From Mobula hypostoma (lineage: Eukaryota), in contig NC_086097.1 of assembly GCF_963921235.1 (NCBI RefSeq), forward strand, positions 21,020,001 to 21,084,000: a DNA stretch of 64,000 bases, in the 5' to 3' direction. Below, one piece after another: positions 61,755-64,000 of the stretch. Numbering within the stretch: position 1 is the first letter of the stretch; the number at the start of each line of letters is the position of its first letter. The position numbers and the translations under genes are program-made. The notes under the pieces are model-generated. The model was given only the letters and a program-made list of their open reading frames with translations. It was not told the DNA's origin and did no database searches.

Positions 61755-64000
61755 TAAAAGTGAGGTAGTGTTCCTTGGTTCAATATCCATTCAGAAATCA
61801 GCTGGCAGAGGGGAAGAAGCTGTTCTAGAATCACTGAGCGTGTGGCTTCAGGCTTCTGTACCTCTTTGCTGGTGGCAACAATGAGAAGAGGGCATGTCCT
61901 GGGTGGTGGCGGTCCTTAATGATGGACCCTGTCTTTCTGAGACTTCGCTCCTTGAAGATGTCTTGGGTACTACGGAGGCTAGTACCCGAGATGGAGCAGA
62001 TTAATTTTACAACTTTCAATTCTGTGCAGTAGACCCCCCCCCCCCATATCAGATGGTGATGCAGTCAGTCAGAATGCTCTCTATGGTACATCTGTAGAAG
62101 TTTTCGAGTGTTTTTAGGTGACAAACCAAATCTCCTCAAAATCCTAATAAAAAATAGCCACTGTCTTGTCTTCTTTATAGCTGTATTGATATGTTGGGAC
62201 CAGGTTTGATCCCCAGAGATCTTGACACCCAGGAACTTGAAATTGCTCAATCCCTCCACTTCTGATCCCTCAATGAGGACTGGTGTGTGTTCCCTCATCT
62301 TACCCTTTCTGAAGCCCACAATCAGCTCTTTGGTCTGACTGACGTTGAGTGTTAGGTTGCTGCTGCAACACCATTCAGCTACCAATCATATCTCACTCCT
62401 GTACACCCTCTCGTCTCCATCTGAGACTCTGCCAACAATGATTATATCTTCAGCAAATTTATAGATGGCATTTGAACTATGCCTAGCCACACAGTCATGG
62501 GTATAGAGAAAGCAAAGCTGTAGGCTAAGCACATATCCCTGAGGTGCGCCAGCGTTGATCGTCAGCGAGGGGGAGTTATTATCACCAATCCGCACAGATT
62601 GTCACAGCAACACATACAAAATGCTGGAGGAACTCAGCAGGCCAGGCAGCATCTCTGGGAAAAAGCACAGTCGACGTTTCGGGCTGAAACCCTTCAGCAG
62701 GACTGGAGAATAAAAGCTGAGGAGTAGATTTGAAAGGTGGGGGGTGGGGGGAGAGAGAGAAACAGCAGGCGATAGGTGAAATGGACGGGGAGGGATGAAG
62801 CTGGAAAGTTGTTTGGTGAAAGAGACAGAAAGACAGAAGGCCATGGAAGAAAGAGAAAAGGGGGAGGAGCACCAGAGGGAGGCAATGGGCTGGCAAGGAG
62901 ATAACATGAGAGAGACAAGGGGATGGGAAATGGTGAAGGGGGCGGGGTGCGGTCATTACCAGAAGTTTGAGAAATCAATGTTCAGGCCATCAGGTTGGAG
63001 GCTACCAAAATGGAATACAAGGTGTTGTGCCGAAGGGTTTCTCCCCGAAATGTCAACTGTGCTTCTTTCCAGAGATGCTGCCTGGCCTGCTGAGTTCCTC
63101 CAGCATTTTGTGTGCGTTGCTCAGATTTCCAGCATCTGCAGATTTTCTCTTGTCCGCACAGATTGTGATCTTCCTGTTAGGAAGTCAAGAATCCAATTGT
63201 AGAGGGAGGCACAGAGGTCCAGGTTCTGTAGCTTATCGATCAGGATTGTAGGAATGATGGCGTTGAATGCTGAGCTATAGGCAATGAACAGCATCCTGGC
63301 ATAGGTGGTTGTATTGTCCGGGTGGTCTAAGGCCGTGTGAAGAGCCATTGAGATTGCACCTGCTGTAGACCTATTGTGGTGATAGGCAAATTGCAATGGG
63401 TCCAGGTCCTTGCTGTGGTAGAAGTTGATTCTGGCCGTGACCGACCTCTCAAACGTCTTCATCACCATAGATGTGAGTGCTAATGGACAATAGTCATTAA
63501 GGCAGCTCACACTACTCTTCTTAGGCTCTGGTATAATTGTTTCCCTTTTGAAGCAGGTGGGAACTTCCGACCTGAGAAGTTGAAAATGTTGGTTGGCAGA
63601 GTTTTTCAGAGCTTTACCAGGTACTCCGTTGGGACCTGCCGTCTTACAAGGGTTCACCCACCTGAAAGACAACCTAACATTGGCCTCCGAGACAGAGATC
63701 ACAGTGTCACTGGGTGCAGCAGGGATCTTCACAGCTGTAGTTATAGTCTCCCTTTTAAAGTAGCCTTAAAAGGTGTTGAGTTCATCTGGTAGTGAAGCAT
63801 CGCTGCCGTTCATGCTATTGGGCTTCACTTTGTGGGAAGTAATGACCTGCAAACCCTGCCAGAGTTGTCATGCATCCGATGTCACCTCCAACCTCACTCA
63901 GAATTGTTTCTTCACTCTAGAGGTTGCCCTCCACAAGTGATACCTGGTGTTCTTGTACAGGCCTGGGTCGTCAGATGTAAATGCTAACAGATCTGGCCCT
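61755..64000 (-). mobile_element. Decayed Rex1/Babar-like LINE running off the window end, interrupted by a Penelope insertion
   Basis: ORFs 63121-63732, 62386-62595 and 62065-62385 with LNDYCPLALTS..LDPLQFAY, GAPQG..KFAED, FKFLGV. Confidence 0.88.
62603..63152. mobile_element. Penelope-like insertion with inverted ends, hammerhead motif (62668-62705 -) and 14-bp TSD
   Basis: TCCGCACAGATTGT at 62589-62602 and 63153-63166; CAGTCCTGCTGAAGGGTTTCAGCCCGAAACGTCGACTG on the minus strand. Confidence 0.9.

Overview
Repeat-dense vertebrate genomic DNA. The mix of HE1/V-type SINEs, CR1, Rex1/Babar, Penelope and RTE elements suggests a cartilaginous fish, probably a ray (inference only). The only host gene I can support is a minus-strand first coding exon (2651..2517, 45 codons, GT donor) under a CpG-island promoter, resembling exon 1 of serine palmitoyltransferase SPTLC2/3. 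The remaining ~61 kb is upstream intergenic DNA made mostly of nested transposons: young and old CR1 LINEs, Rex1/Babar-like LINE fragments, a decayed hAT transposase, Tc1-type elements and MITEs, tRNA-derived SINEs and several non-autonomous retroposon families. The most interesting signal is RNA-level. Penelope-like pseudo-LTRs carry minimal type I hammerhead ribozyme motifs in more than a dozen places, one fully canonical (17755-17790), often as inverted pairs with 13-14 bp target-site duplications. A short RTE-derived element starts exactly at the predicted cleavage site of a decayed twister ribozyme (36334-36384). Almost all long ORFs in the track are transposon-derived or artefacts of repeats. 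All calls are by eye; element boundaries without a stated TSD are approximate.
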